Shown: positions 14,101 through 27,800 of the stretch, one piece after another
How the letters are laid out: each line of letters starts with the position of its first letter
Numbering within the stretch: position 1 is the stretch's first letter
Assembly: GCF_006345805.1 (NCBI RefSeq)
Contig: NC_043009.1
Coordinates: 11,718,001-11,782,000, forward strand
Direction of reading: 5' to 3'
Source: Octopus sinensis
Lineage: Eukaryota
DNA length: 64,000 nucleotides
Notes under the pieces: model-generated
Database searches by the model: none
What the model was told of the DNA's origin: nothing
Seen by the model: the letters and a program-made list of their open reading frames with translations, nothing else
Made by a program: the position numbers and the translations under genes

Positions 14101-17100
14101 TTGTGTGTCTGTGTTTGTCCCCCTAGCATTGCTTGACAACCGATGCTGGTGTGTTTACGTCCCCGTCACTTAGCGGTTCGGCAAAAGAGACCGATAGAAT
14201 AAGTACTGGGCTTACAAAGAATAAGTCCCGGGGTCGATTTGCTCAACTAAAGGCGGTGCTCCAGCATGGCCGCAGTCAAATGACTGAAACAAGTAAACAA
14301 GTAAAGAGTATAGAGCTATATCTTGTTTAGACTTTTCGTCTTTTTAAAATTTTTAATAAGATAGAAGATGGATCAGTGAATATCAACTATGCAGGTCCTG
14401 TAAGACTGAAAAATAAAGCATTGTTAAAGGTTAATCCATTTGATCTCTCTCCCTCTCTTTTCCACATTTATTTAATTTTTCTTCATATGCAGCATATAAG
14501 CTATTGGGAAAAACTCAAGAGATTAAGACACTATTCCTTAGAGCATAGGCGAGAAAGATATGCCATAATATACATCTGGAAGGACTTGTCCCAAACTTTG
14601 GCATTGTGAGTTACACAAATACTAGAACTGGGCATCACTGCATAGTGCCAAGGACTCCAAATTTGCCATCAAGATGTAGGACAAGATACTGCAATAGCCT
14701 GGGCTTCAGAGGTCTACAGCTCTTCAATATCCTCCCGAAGGACCTGAGAGACCTGCATGGGGTGGATGCGGATGTCTTCAAAATAAAGCTGGACCTCTTC
14801 CTGTCAGGTGTCCCAGATGAACCAACTTCGCGGCAGGAGGTGCAGATGAGGGCAGCTGCATCGAACTCTCTCATGCACCGAATGTCAATTGTTAAAAAGC
14901 ATTCATGAAGTAAAAATCATGTAGCAACACCAAGTAGCAGTGGCCACAGCTCATGAGCTGAAACTAGATGAAATGAAATGAAAAAAAATCTGATAAATAA
15001 TTTTAGTATTTAGAGCTGCCAGCAAGTCTCAAGTGTTTACTTAGCAAATCTGCATGATGATACAATCATTTCAAATGTTTTTATCTTGTTATAAACACTT
15101 TCAAATAAACATCTCATTGCTAAATTTGTGTGTGTTTTTGTGTATACACATATACTTATGTATGCGTGTATAGGTAAATACACATCTATGTATTTATGCA
15201 TTCATGTGTACACACCTGTATATATCTGTATCCTGCAAAGGATATATTCACTGCCAACCTTTATCTACCTGTTGATCACCTTTCCTCTTTCATCCAATTC
15301 CCCGTTCACTCCAATAATTTTATCTCTCACTCACCCATACACCTCCATCTCTTACTTTCTCACTACCTATGAAACACAAACTACGAATGACATACCTGAC
15401 CATTGGTACATATGAGATACTGTACTGATCCATTTTCATCATTCTACCTGTGCCTTATCCCTTATCTATCTTCCATCCATCTCACTTCCTTCTTATTTTA
15501 TTTTTTTTACTGCCCACAAGGGGCTACACACAGAGGGGTCAAACAAGGATAGACAAACAGATTAAGTCGATGACATCGATCTCAGTGCATAACTGGTACT
15601 TATTTAATCGACTCTGAAAGGACGAAAGGCAAAGTCGACCTCGGCGGAGTTTGAACTCAGAACGTAGCGACAGACGAAATACTGCTGAGCATTTCGCCCG
15701 GCGTGCTAACGGTTCTGCCATCTCGCCGCCTTCACTTCCTTCAATCATCAATCACCCTAACATTTATACCTCTCATCTCACCACCTGCCAGCCATCACTC
15801 TCTCTCTCTGCCTCTCCTTTTAACTCTCACTATGCTCTCCCTCCAGCTTCTCTGACACCTTCACATCCTCTCAACTGCAAGTCTCTTTTCTTCAATGATT
15901 CTCCCCGGATTCACACAACCCTCAACCGTGTCCTCTTTCTCGTGCTCCTTACCCCTACACCTTCTGCCCATATTTCCTCTCACAATACAGAGCAGTCCTG
16001 GACCTCACTCAACACAAACTATCTCATCAACCTCTTCACTCTGTCCCTCCTTTTCTCACTAACGACTGACACAATTCCTTTCTCTTTCACCTGTCCCTTT
16101 CATACTGCTGTCCCCAATAGGGTTTTTACTCTGTCACTCTCTCCACGGTCACCTTCTCACAACTTCCTCAACAGAGTCTATGGTGTTTGCATCTCCATAT
16201 CTTGACATCACTTACTTTTTTACTCTTTTACTTGTTTCAGTCATCTGACTGTGGCCATGCTGGAGCACCACCTTTTAGTTGAGCAAATCGACCCCAGGGC
16301 ATATTCTTTGTAAGCCTAGTACTTATTCTATTGTTCCCTTTTGTCGAACTGCTAAGTTACGGGGACGTAAACACACCAGCATCGGTTGTCAAGCGATGTT
16401 GGGGAGACAAACACAGACACACAAACATATAATTGACTTGACTTGAGACAGCATTCACAGCTGGCTTTATTCATCCCCAATGCTGCATCACTCACAAATG
16501 CCGACCAGACCTGGCGATTTGAGGCTAACGACGGCGTGATCTCCAACCACTCCTTATTCCAGTGGCGAATGCCATAGATATGGGGGCCTAGGTTGGGGCC
16601 CCATATCACAAACATATACATACATATATATGATGGGCTTCTTTACAGTTTCCGTCTACCACATCCACTCACAAGTGTTTGGTCGGCCTGAGGCTATAGT
16701 AGATGACACTTGCCCAAGGTGCCATGCAGTGGGACTGAACCCAGAACCATGTGGTTGGTAAGCAAGCTACTTACCACACAGCCACTCCTGTGCCTGTCTA
16801 AGGTTAAAGAAAAAAAAAAGGGATGATGTTTTAATTCCAACTTACAGTTGAGTCTTCTTCTTTTGCTGCTTCATTCACATCAACCCATTCTCCACTTTCA
16901 TCTTCAATTTCTTCACTACTACAACTTTCCCAGCCATCATTGTCACTGTCTTCATCATCAACTGCTTCCTCCTCTTCCTCATCATCATCACTATTTTCTG
17001 TTTGTTTTTTCCCCTCATCTGCTGTAGCTGTTTCTGCCGTGCCTTCAGCATCTGAACAAATAATAAGAAAATAAAAAGTTCAATTAGAAAATATAACAAT

Positions 17101-18767
17101 AATAGTAGCTGTGTGGTAAGCAGCTTGCTTACCAACCACATGGTTCCGGGTTCAGTCCCACTGCATGGCACCTTGGGCAAGTGTCTTCTACTATAGCCTC
17201 AGGCCAACCAAAGCCTTGTGAGTGGATTTGGTGAACGGAAACTGAAAGAAGCCCGTCGTACATATGTATGTATGTATGTATGTGTATATATATATATATA
17301 TATAAAATAAATTACTTTGCCGCATACTGAACTCATTAGAAATAGTAGCTAAAAAAACTTTTTTAAAACTATTTCTAATACTTAAAGGAAACCTCTCTCA
17401 TATAGTGTTTGCTCAATTCAACTCACGAAAGTATGGGGGTAAAGACATTAAAAAATCAAATGCAAAGGTTATTTGAGAACGTACGTTTCAAGATTAGTCA
17501 ACTCGACATTTCTATCATCAGCTCAGAACTCCTTAGTTTGGATTTGAAAACACTGAAAGTGGGAGCATACCCTTTCGGCTTCTTATCGCTTCTGAAGATC
17601 TGCTCGAAACTAACAGTGCCAGCAAACTCAAATATGCAAGCGAAGAATTTCTGCTCTCCCCTTTCCACCAGCGTGGGTTAAAATCAGTAAACACTATGCT
17701 TTTTCGGTAAAATCCGAGGCATTAAATAGAGAGAGATGAATTATAATTTCAACAATTGAGGGTAAAATTAATTAATTATTAATCAATTTCACCAAGTATT
17801 CAAGTATACTTTCGTGAGTTGAATTGAGCAAACACTATATGAGAGAGGTTTCCTTTAAGTATTAGAAATAGTTTTAAAAAAGTTTTTTTAGCTACTATTT
17901 CTAATGAGTTCAGTATGCGGCAAAGTAATTTATTTTACTAAGCCCTTTTATATAATGTAATAATTTGAATTCGCCTTAAATGGTCCCTTTGCATACTAAA
18001 TACTTGGTGAAATTGATTAATAATTAATTAATTTTACCCTCAATTGTTGAAATTATAATTCATCTCTCTCTATTTAATGCCTCGGATTTTACCGAAAAAG
18101 CATAGTGTTTACTGATTTTAACCCACGCTGGTGGAAAGGGGAGAGCAGAAATTCTTCGCTTGCATATTTGAGTTTGCTGGCACTGTTAGTTTCGAGCAGA
18201 TCTTCAGAAGCGATAAGAAGCCGAAAGGGTATGCTCCCACTTTCAGTGTTTTCAAATCCAAACCAAGGAGTTCTGAGCTGATGATAGAAATGTCGAGTTG
18301 ACTAATCTTGAAACGTACGTTCTCAAATAACCTTTGCATTTGATTTTTTAATGTCTTTACCCCCATACTTTCATGAGTTGAATTGAGCAAACACTATATG
18401 AGAGAGGTTTCCTTTAAGTATTAGAAATAGTTTTAAAAAAGTTTTTTTAGCTACTATTTCTAATGAGTTCAGTATGCGGCAAAGTAATTTATTTTACTAA
18501 GCCCTTTTATATAATGTAATAATTTGAATACTGTAATATTTTGCATACTGAATACTTGGTGATTTATTTTACTAAGCCTTTTATATAATGTAATAATTTG
18601 AATACTGTAATATTTTGCATACTGAATACTTGGTGATTTATTTTACTAAGCCCTTTTATATAATGTAATAATTTGAATACTGTAATATTTTGCATACTGA
18701 ATACTTGGTGAAATTGATTAATAATTAATTAATTTTACCCTCAATTGTTGAAAGTATATACATATAT

Positions 18768-18832
<65 letters not shown>

Positions 18833-21800
18833 GTATGTGTGTGTGTGTATGTATATGATTGTGTGTCTGTGTTTGTCCCCCCAATATCGCTTGACAACCG
18901 ATGCTGGTGTGTTTACGTCCCCGTCACTTAGCGGTTCGGCAAAAGCGACCAATAGAATAAGTACTACGCTTACAAAGAATAAATCCTGGAGTCGATTTGC
19001 TCGGCTAAAGGCGGTGCTCAAGCATGGCCACAGTCAAATGACTGAAACAAGTAAAAGAGTAACTCTTTTCCATTTTATCTAAGATTCAATATCTGCATTG
19101 CAAAGCCACTGAATTACTGATCAGCTTTTCAATATCATAAATCCATCAGCTATTTACTAAAGTCAGCATCATTCTAGTATATAGAAGTTAGGTTTGTGAC
19201 TAAAATTGGTCTACACCAGTGGCGTATGGTGGTTGTTGTATTTGGTGTGCTGCCACACCCAATGGCACCAAATTTCAAGCAGGGGTATCACAAAAGTTTT
19301 CCATTAAGATTTGTGATTAAATTAATGAATAAGGTTAATATTTATAAAGAATTTGCCATTTTTGATGGGTGTGCAGTACACACCCGGAATATATGCCGCT
19401 GGTCTACACATGAAGAAAATTTGTAACAGACACTATTGGAAGGAAAGGAGATTTAACTTTAACCAAATCCCTTAACTCAGAGCAATTCATTAAGGTCCGA
19501 AAGTGATACAGTTGGAAGTATACATTCAAGAAATCAAATATATTAAAAATGACTTAATCAGAGAAAGATACCCTGTCTGTTTTACTTTCTTTTACTTGTT
19601 TCAGTTATTTGACTGCGGCCATGCTGGAGCACCGCCTTTAATCGAGCAAATTGCCCCCAGGACTTATTCTTTGGAAGCCTAGTACTTATTCTACCAGTCA
19701 CTTTTGCCGAACCACTAAGTTACGGGGACATAAACACACCAGCATCGTTTGTCAAGAGAAGTTGTGGGGGACAAACACAGACATACAAGCATATACATAT
19801 ACATATATACGATGGGCTTCTTTCAGTTTCCGTCTACCAAATCCACTCACAAGGTCTTGGTCAGCCCGAGGCTATAGTAGAAGACACTTGCCCAAGGTGC
19901 CACGCAGTGAGAATGAACCCGGAACCATATGGTTGGTAAGCAAGCTATTTACCACACAGCCACTCCTTTTCATTTAAAAACTCAACAGACAAAGCCTGAA
20001 CAAGTGTGACTTGAACTCAAAAAAATATCCTAACTATCTAGAGTCATCATCATTATGAGTTGGACAGAGTTTATTGAGGCAGATTTTCTTGGTTAGGATG
20101 CCCTTCCTGTCACCAACCTGCAACTGTTTCCAAACAAGGAAATGACTCCCCATACCCAGACATGTTCCCACGTGAAGGCTTGTATTACAGTGACCATCAT
20201 TTTACAGCTTTCACACAATTACACACACACACACAGGACAGGTTTCTCAGTTTCTGTCAATCAAAGCAACTCGCAAAGCTTTGGTTAACCAAGGTTTTAT
20301 AGTAGAAAACACTTGCCTTAGGTGCCACACAGTGGGACTGAACCCAGAACCATGTGGGTTCATACATTATATAAACAATAATTCCTTCCTATGCAATAAA
20401 TAAAAAAACAACATGATCAAAACTCCTGGCATGTTTATTTATGGTTATGCTAAAACATTTCTTTGGCCGTTACTGTGTGGACTGGTAGACATCACCAGAA
20501 GCTACTCAATAACAAAAATAATGAAACATAAACAGACATTTCAAAAATCATTCAGTTAATTAAATATTATGCCTGGATCCACAGCTACAAACACAATACG
20601 AATACCAACCATTAGCCAAAAACAGCAAAATTAACCCTTCCACAACCAGATATAAATATTCTTCCCCCATCTGCAGTTCTGAGAAATCTAAGATGGCCAT
20701 CTCATCCAGACCTATCTTATTATCCACCGATAAATTTCTTCAAATTATTGATAAGCTATTTTCACCACTCACAAATATAAATTTCAGATTCATAAATTGA
20801 GCTTTTTGAGCTAAAAAATAAATAAATAAATAAATAAATAAAAACCCTGAAATATTTCAAATATTTAATTTTCTGATTTATTCCAGTGTCCATTGCTTTA
20901 TTTTGGTTTCACTTAATTTTTTTTTGTTTTATTTTTGCTTTTTTTTTCCAGTTACAGCTGGAATATCAATTGCTAAGAATAACCGTAATAATGAAGATAA
21001 AAAAAGAAGAAAAATAGCCTGATATAAACATTCATTTGCTATAGCTATTTTGGGTTATTTGATATTGAAAACATACAAAATTGAAAGAAATGTCTCTATA
21101 CTTGGTATTCTAAGTAAAAGGCAATACTACGACCGTATCTGGAATCCTTCTATGTAGAAATGTGTTAATGTGAAAAGTGATATGGAGTAAACGAAAAAAG
21201 AAAAAGCTTACTTTAACCCTTTAGTGTTCGCATTATTCTGCCAAAATTAATCCTTTTTTATCCACATTGCCATGAACCAATCATGCATTATCTTGGTGCT
21301 ATGAGATGATGATGATGATGATGGTCAAGGGTATAAGTTAAATGTAGAATCTTTGCAAACATCAAGAAGACAAATAAAAAAAAAAAGTAGCATTTGCACT
21401 CTCAGCTATTCATACTAAAACTCACCATTCTCTTTCTAAGTGACTGTATGTCCATTTTACATTACAGTAAATGCTGAACACTCCAAACAACGTGAATACA
21501 TAAGTATTGCCTTTGACAGAGTGATCTTAATGCTAAAGGGTTAATGTTGATGTGGTGGAATGACTGAGGAAAATGAAAGCTTAGTGCACCTGTTTCTCTT
21601 CTGTTGTACAAATCTTCATGCAATTGGTATTCCTGGTCCACTGCCCTAGCGAAAATCCACACACACATTCAACAAACCCATGACAAGACTTGGTAATAAG
21701 AAGCATAAGCAAACCTTTTCACAAACAAACTGCCAACTGTTGAAATGTTGCAGACATCAACAAGACAGGTGAAAATAAAAAAAAGTAACACTAGTACTCA

Positions 21801-24800
21801 TTCTGTTTCTAAGTGATTTTACCTGTTTTACATTTCAGTAAATATCAAACGTCAGTGTTCCACTTACCTGTTTTGCCATCTTCTGTTACTTTCGAACTGT
21901 CTAATTCTTCAAGCAAAACCTCCGCACCTGGCAGGTAACTTTTGGCTTGAGTGTCTCCATAAGATGCTAGTTCTGCTTCTTGCATAGCTTCAGTCAATCG
22001 ACCCTGCATGGAAACAGATAGCAACATTATTTTACCTACACAAACCATTCTTCATTTTCTTTTTAATCTCTATATATATAAACAGCAGAATGTCTGTCTG
22101 TGTGTATGTGTGTGTGTCCTTTATACAAATCCACAATTTTTCAGTTAGAGGGCTGGCACTTTCTATGGTCATTCAAAACCGTCCAAGGGTGGTCGTGCAC
22201 ATCTTTACATTTCCCCAGTCACCCCGCAAAGCCATTAAAAAATCAATAGAAGTGACTTTTTTTTTAATTTTCTATCCAAAACCCAATCAAAATGCCTGAA
22301 ACTTGATACGCCAATTGAAAGCCTGTTAGCTGTATGTGATTGGTAGGCGATTTGGACAGTACTCGTGTGTATGTGCGCACGCACGCAGCTGTATATGCAT
22401 GCACTAGCATTGCCGGGTCATAGTGCTAGTATGTGATATTACACAACTGTCTTCTATATCTATTACAATCTAATCTCACCCAAACTACATGTGTGTGATG
22501 TGTTTCAGTTCTGGCATAAGTGAAAGAAGGACAGTATTCATAACCTTTCTGCGAGATTTTTGATTCTGGTGGATAAAAGATCCTGCTATTCTCAGAATAG
22601 AGACTTGAGCTCTGCTAAAGGTACCCAATGCCAAGGTGAAGGTGTTTAACTGGATAACAAATTAAGTCCGCTAACAAAAAATTTCCAAAGTTTTCTTCCA
22701 CCCAATTTCACTCATAAGGTTAGGGTATGATTGAAACTGGATTCACATGATTAAGAAACAAATTTCTTAATTACACAGCTGTACCTGATTATGCTTGCAC
22801 AGGATTCAGTAGAAAATATTTAGTTCTAGTTTCATAGCAATAAACAGAGATAAATCTCCTCTCCTGAACAGAACAGATACAATTCTGGAAATAATTCCAT
22901 ATTTAGCATTTTTGTCCAACAACTAAACGAATTACTGGCCAAACCAAATATGAAATACAGAGGTTCTGAACACAATAACCTTCCAGCCAGTAGCTATTCA
23001 GCCTCTATAAGTATCATGTTGTCAGTAGACATGTGGACTGAGACAAGTACGGTCAGATGCTTCTTTGACGCTTTTCTTAGAGGTGCAAAATCAGCCGAGT
23101 CCATACAGCTTAGTTGATAAAGTATCAAACTTTTAACTGGCATGTAAAAATCACCATTCGAGCATGATCATTACCTGTGTCGCCTTACTGGCACTTGTGC
23201 TGGTGGCACATAAAAAAACATTCAAGCGAGGTCATTGCCAGTGCTGCTGGACTGGCTTCTGTGCAAGTGGCACATAAAAAGCACCATTTGAGCATGGCCA
23301 TTGCCAGTACTAGCCCTCATGCCAGTGGCACGTAAAAGCACCCACTGCACTCTTGGAGTGGTTAGTGTTAGGAAGGGCATCCAGCTGTAGGAACTCTGCC
23401 AGATCAGAGTAGAGTCTGGTGCAGCCATCTGGTTTGCCAGACCTCAGTCAAATCGTACAATCCATGCTAGCATGGAAAGCGGACGTCAAACGATGATGAT
23501 GATGATGAGTTTGTGATTTTTAATGAATCAAGGACCAGTGGCTTAGAATCAAATAAAACGAAGTAAATGAATATGGAAATCTGGAATATGGAAAGCTCAT
23601 GAAAATCTGGTCACTAATTATAGCTCATTAGCTGGGGTCTGGGATTAGGAAATCAGAACTAACTGAAAATATATTCATTTATTAGGGATCAAGACAATAC
23701 TTAAGAGATGGTGTATGCTACAATTAATTGACTAAACTCTCTTAATATTACTGGTACAGAGTTATGAAATGTGTTAATACAAAATGGTTGGTTGACTACA
23801 GAGTTGTCAGAATGTTGGATAGAATACATTGTAGTATTTATTTTGGATTTCTGCTCTCCGAGTTCAAATCCTGCTGCTAAAATCTTTATCTTTCATTATT
23901 TCAGAATTGAGAAATAAGTAGCAGCCATTGAGTGCAACCCTCTCTCCCGTCAAGTTCTCACTTCTCAGGAACAACAGGGAAATGGAAGGAAAAAGAAACA
24001 ACGTGGAAAACAAAATGAACCCGGAACCATGTGGTTAGTAAGCAAGCTACTTACCACACAGCCGCTCCTACATTGAAATATGAAAACAAAAACAAAAGAG
24101 AAAAACGTTAATAATAAAATTACCCTGTCTTTCTTGTTCAGAATATTGGGATTGATCTGCTTCACCACTTGTATTAATCCTCGACTCGCCATGGAGACAG
24201 CTGAAATAAAGAGACACACATGGAGATAACTAATAAAGAGAATACGCATCATAAAGACAAAATATAATAAAGAAATACAAATACTATGGAAATATCTACA
24301 ATAAAAAGATGAGCATTTACACACAAATATAAAAACATACAGGAAGCAGGAGCAAAAAACTTTAAGAAGCTGGCTTTGCAATCCAAGATCCCAGGTCTGA
24401 TCTCACTACTTGGCACCCTGACCAAATGCCATTCACCACAGCCTTGGCAGGTAAGTGAAATGGGTAGAAAATTTGTTTAGAGGCAGTAGAATGGATTGGA
24501 TTGTATCTAATGTAGCCCTTCAGCATTTAAACTGGCCCAAATAGGTTTTATGTTCAAACTGGCCAGACCTGGCCTCTCACACCTATCCTACAATGCCTTT
24601 CTAAAAATATACAATCAAATCGTCAAAATTTTGAAGCTATGAGATAGTCATCGAATGACTGGCATCCGTGACTAGTAGAGCGCTAAGAATACCATACGAG
24701 CGTGATCGTTGCCAGAGCAACAAGCTGGCCTCTGTGCCGATGGCGTGTAAAAAACACCATTCGAGTGTGATCGTTACCTGCGTTGCCTTACTGGCACTTG

Positions 24801-27800
24801 TGCTGGTGGCGCGTGAAAAAATATTCAGGCGAGGTCATTGCCAGTCCCGCTGGACTGGTTCCTGTGCAGGTGGCACGTAAAAAGCGCCATTTGAGCATGG
24901 TTGTTGCCAGTACCGCCTGACTGGCCCTCGTGCCGGTGGCACATAAAAGCACCCACTACAGTCTCAGAGTGGTTGGCATTAGGAAGGGCATCCAGCTGTA
25001 GAAACTCTGCCAGATCAAGATTGAAGCCTGGTGCAGCCATCTAGTTCGCCAGTCCTCAGTCAAATCGTCCAACCCATGCTGGCATGGAAAACGGACGTTA
25101 AACAATGATGATGATTATGGCCAGATCTGGCCTCTCACGTCTATTCTACAATGTCTTTCTAAAAACATACAATCACATCATCAAAATTTCAAAACTATGA
25201 GATAATATATGATTAATTGAAAATAATGTGAATTTGATAGAGTAATCTGAATGCTAAAGGGTTAAAGGGCCAGCCTAGCCCCACTGTGTCATAACCCTGT
25301 TTGAGGATTACATTAGGGGTACACATGAATATGGAATACTCAGCCACTTATACAAGCTGATTTAATGACAGGTAGTGTAGTTAATCAAACAATTGAACAC
25401 TCATTACTGAAACTGATGGATATCCATTTACTTCTATGCATGTTTGTAATTTCAGTAGTGCTGCTCTGAACTGCTAGCATCAGTCATTATAGAAAACAAT
25501 TAAAATATTGAATGTAAACATTTCATATGAGTAAACAATATTAATAATTTCATATACCGGCACAAGGCCACACATGTGTATACTTTATCCATGATGCCAA
25601 GAGGAATAATAATAATGGGTGTTTCATTCAACATCCTTAACCCTGTCATTACCAACCCGGCTGAAACCGGCTCTGGCTCTGTAGTACAAATGTCTTGTTT
25701 TCATAAGTTTTGAATTAAAATCTTCCACCAAACCTTAGTCACAGTTTATGTTCCTAACACTAGCTTAATGATAACTAAGTTATTTTACTAAATTCTTTGT
25801 TAAATTTAAAGTAATTGAAAGAAACACAGAGCATCTCAAAATAAATACAGTAACAAAAGGGTTAAACAACCCTTATTCAAGGACCTTTTGAGTGCGATGG
25901 GTTACTTGACCAGAAGAAAATTCTAACTGGGCCCCACCTGCAAGGTTATGTACTGTTTACCTTGATATGGGATCACCATGTCTCACACATATGGTTGTGA
26001 TGCATGTGCCTAGTGTACCCTTATCAGACAGGTAGTCATCATGGATATACGGGCTTCGTATATTTCACCCCAGTGTCACTTTGATGGCATGCACTGCTCT
26101 CTCACTCAATAATAATAATGATGATAATAATAATTGTTTCAAATTTTGCCACAAGGGCAGCTTTTGGGGACGGGAACGTATCAATTACATCGACCCTAGT
26201 GTTTCACTGGTACTTAATTTATCGACTCCAAAAGAATGAAAGGCTAAGTAGATCTCGGCGGAATATGAACTCAGAACATAGCAATGGGTGAAATACCTAT
26301 TTCTTTACTACCCACAAGGGGCTAAACACAGAGGGGACAAATAGATTAAGTTGATTACATCGACCCCAGTGCATAACTGATACTTAATTTATCAACCCCG
26401 AAAGGATGAAAGGCAAAGTCGACCTCGGCGCAATTTAAACTCAGAACATAACGGCAGACGAATATCGCTAAGCATTTTGTCCAGCATGCTAACAATTCTG
26501 CCAGCTCTCCAACTTAATAATAATAATAATAATCCTTTCTATTATAGACACAAGGCCTCAATTTTGGGAGGAGGGGGCCTAGTCGAGTATGCTGACCCCA
26601 GTGTTCGACTGGTACTGATTTCATCAACTCTGAAAGGATGGCAGGCAAAGCTGACCTTGACGGAAATTGAACTCAAAACATAAAAATGGATAAAATGCTG
26701 CCAAGAATTTTGTCTGGGGCACTAATGATACTGTCAACTCACCACCTAGGGATGATAATAATAATAATAACAACAACAATAATAATGATTTCAAATTTTG
26801 GAACAAGGCCAGCAAGTTCGGGGAAGGTGATATGTCGATTACATTGACCCCAGTACTTAACTGGTACTTTATTGACCCTGAAAGGATGAAAGGCAACATT
26901 GACCTCAACAGAATTTGAACTCAGAACACGAAGACAGACGAAATACTGCTGAGCATTTTTGCCTGGCATGTTAACAATTCTGTCAGCTCATCATCTTAAT
27001 GATAATAATAATAGTAATCCTTTCAACTAAAGGCACAAGGCCTGAAATTTTGGGAGAATGGGGCTATGTCGATTACACCGACCCCCAATACTCAACTGGT
27101 ATTTATTTTATTGACTGCAAAAGGATGAAAAGCAAAGTTGACACCAGCAGCATTTGAACTCACAACATAAAGATGGACAAAATACTGCGAAGTATTTTTT
27201 GCCCAGCATGTTAATGACTCTGCCAGTTCACTATCTTAATGATAATAATAATAATATCAGGCAGTGGTTCTCATGGCTTCTGATCTTAACTGATTGGAAG
27301 TGTTATCATGTACATTGTTTTGTCTTGGTATAAAAGATGGGCTACAGCAAATATTCTGCTCAATACCACAGATTTGCTTGTCAGTTGTTTGACCATAACC
27401 AGTTGAGCATGTCCCTTAGTGGCTGATGATATGTGCATCTCTGATCTTGAGCAGAAGTAGTGGGGGAGCATCATAGCCATGTGTTGAGAGGGATTCTTGG
27501 AGGTTTTGATAATTCCCCTTTGGAAACATGGATGGTTCGTTCAACATCCTTAAACAACCCTTATTCAGGGACCTTTTGAGCGGGATGGGCTACTCAACCT
27601 GAAAAAAAATCTAACTGGGCCCCACCTGCAAGGTCATGCGCTGTTTATCTTGATATAAGATCACCATGTCGAGCACATATGGTTGTGATGCATGTGCCTG
27701 GTGTACCCTTATCAGACGGGTAATCATGATGAGTATACTGGGCTTCGTACATTTTACCCCTGTGTCACTTTGATGGCATGCACTGCTCTCTCACTCAATA

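Larger units (their letters stand above)
17303..18753. mobile_element. Non-coding 559-bp tandem monomer plus inverted copy (retrozyme-like or Penelope pseudo-LTR-like), inserted in the (TA)n of a SINE B
   Basis: 17806-18753 is head-to-tail with period 559; 17303-17800 is the reverse complement of 17999-18496; three 74-75 bp repeats at 18487-18710; hammerhead-like motif in each arm. Confidence 0.7.

Noticed and set aside
15250-16200. Long pyrimidine-rich ORF-bearing tracts (also 8300-8900 and 53300-53560)
   Set aside because: Low-complexity C/T-rich sequence giving S/L/P/H-rich ORFs with no family signal.
17409-18390. Twin 90-aa ORFs [12 protein letters not shown]... (17409-17681 + and 18118-18390 -)
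   Set aside because: They are the two arms of the inverted repeat; no recognisable domain, and a non-ATG start in the sequence.
18487-18710. Three 74-75 bp direct repeats, superficially array-like
   Set aside because: No unique spacers and a eukaryotic context; they are slippage copies within the 559-bp monomer, not CRISPR.
21350-21850. Weak local similarity between about 21350-21480 and about 21745-21850
   Set aside because: Low identity in AT-rich DNA; it may be an old duplication or shared MITE flank, but it is not supportable by eye.
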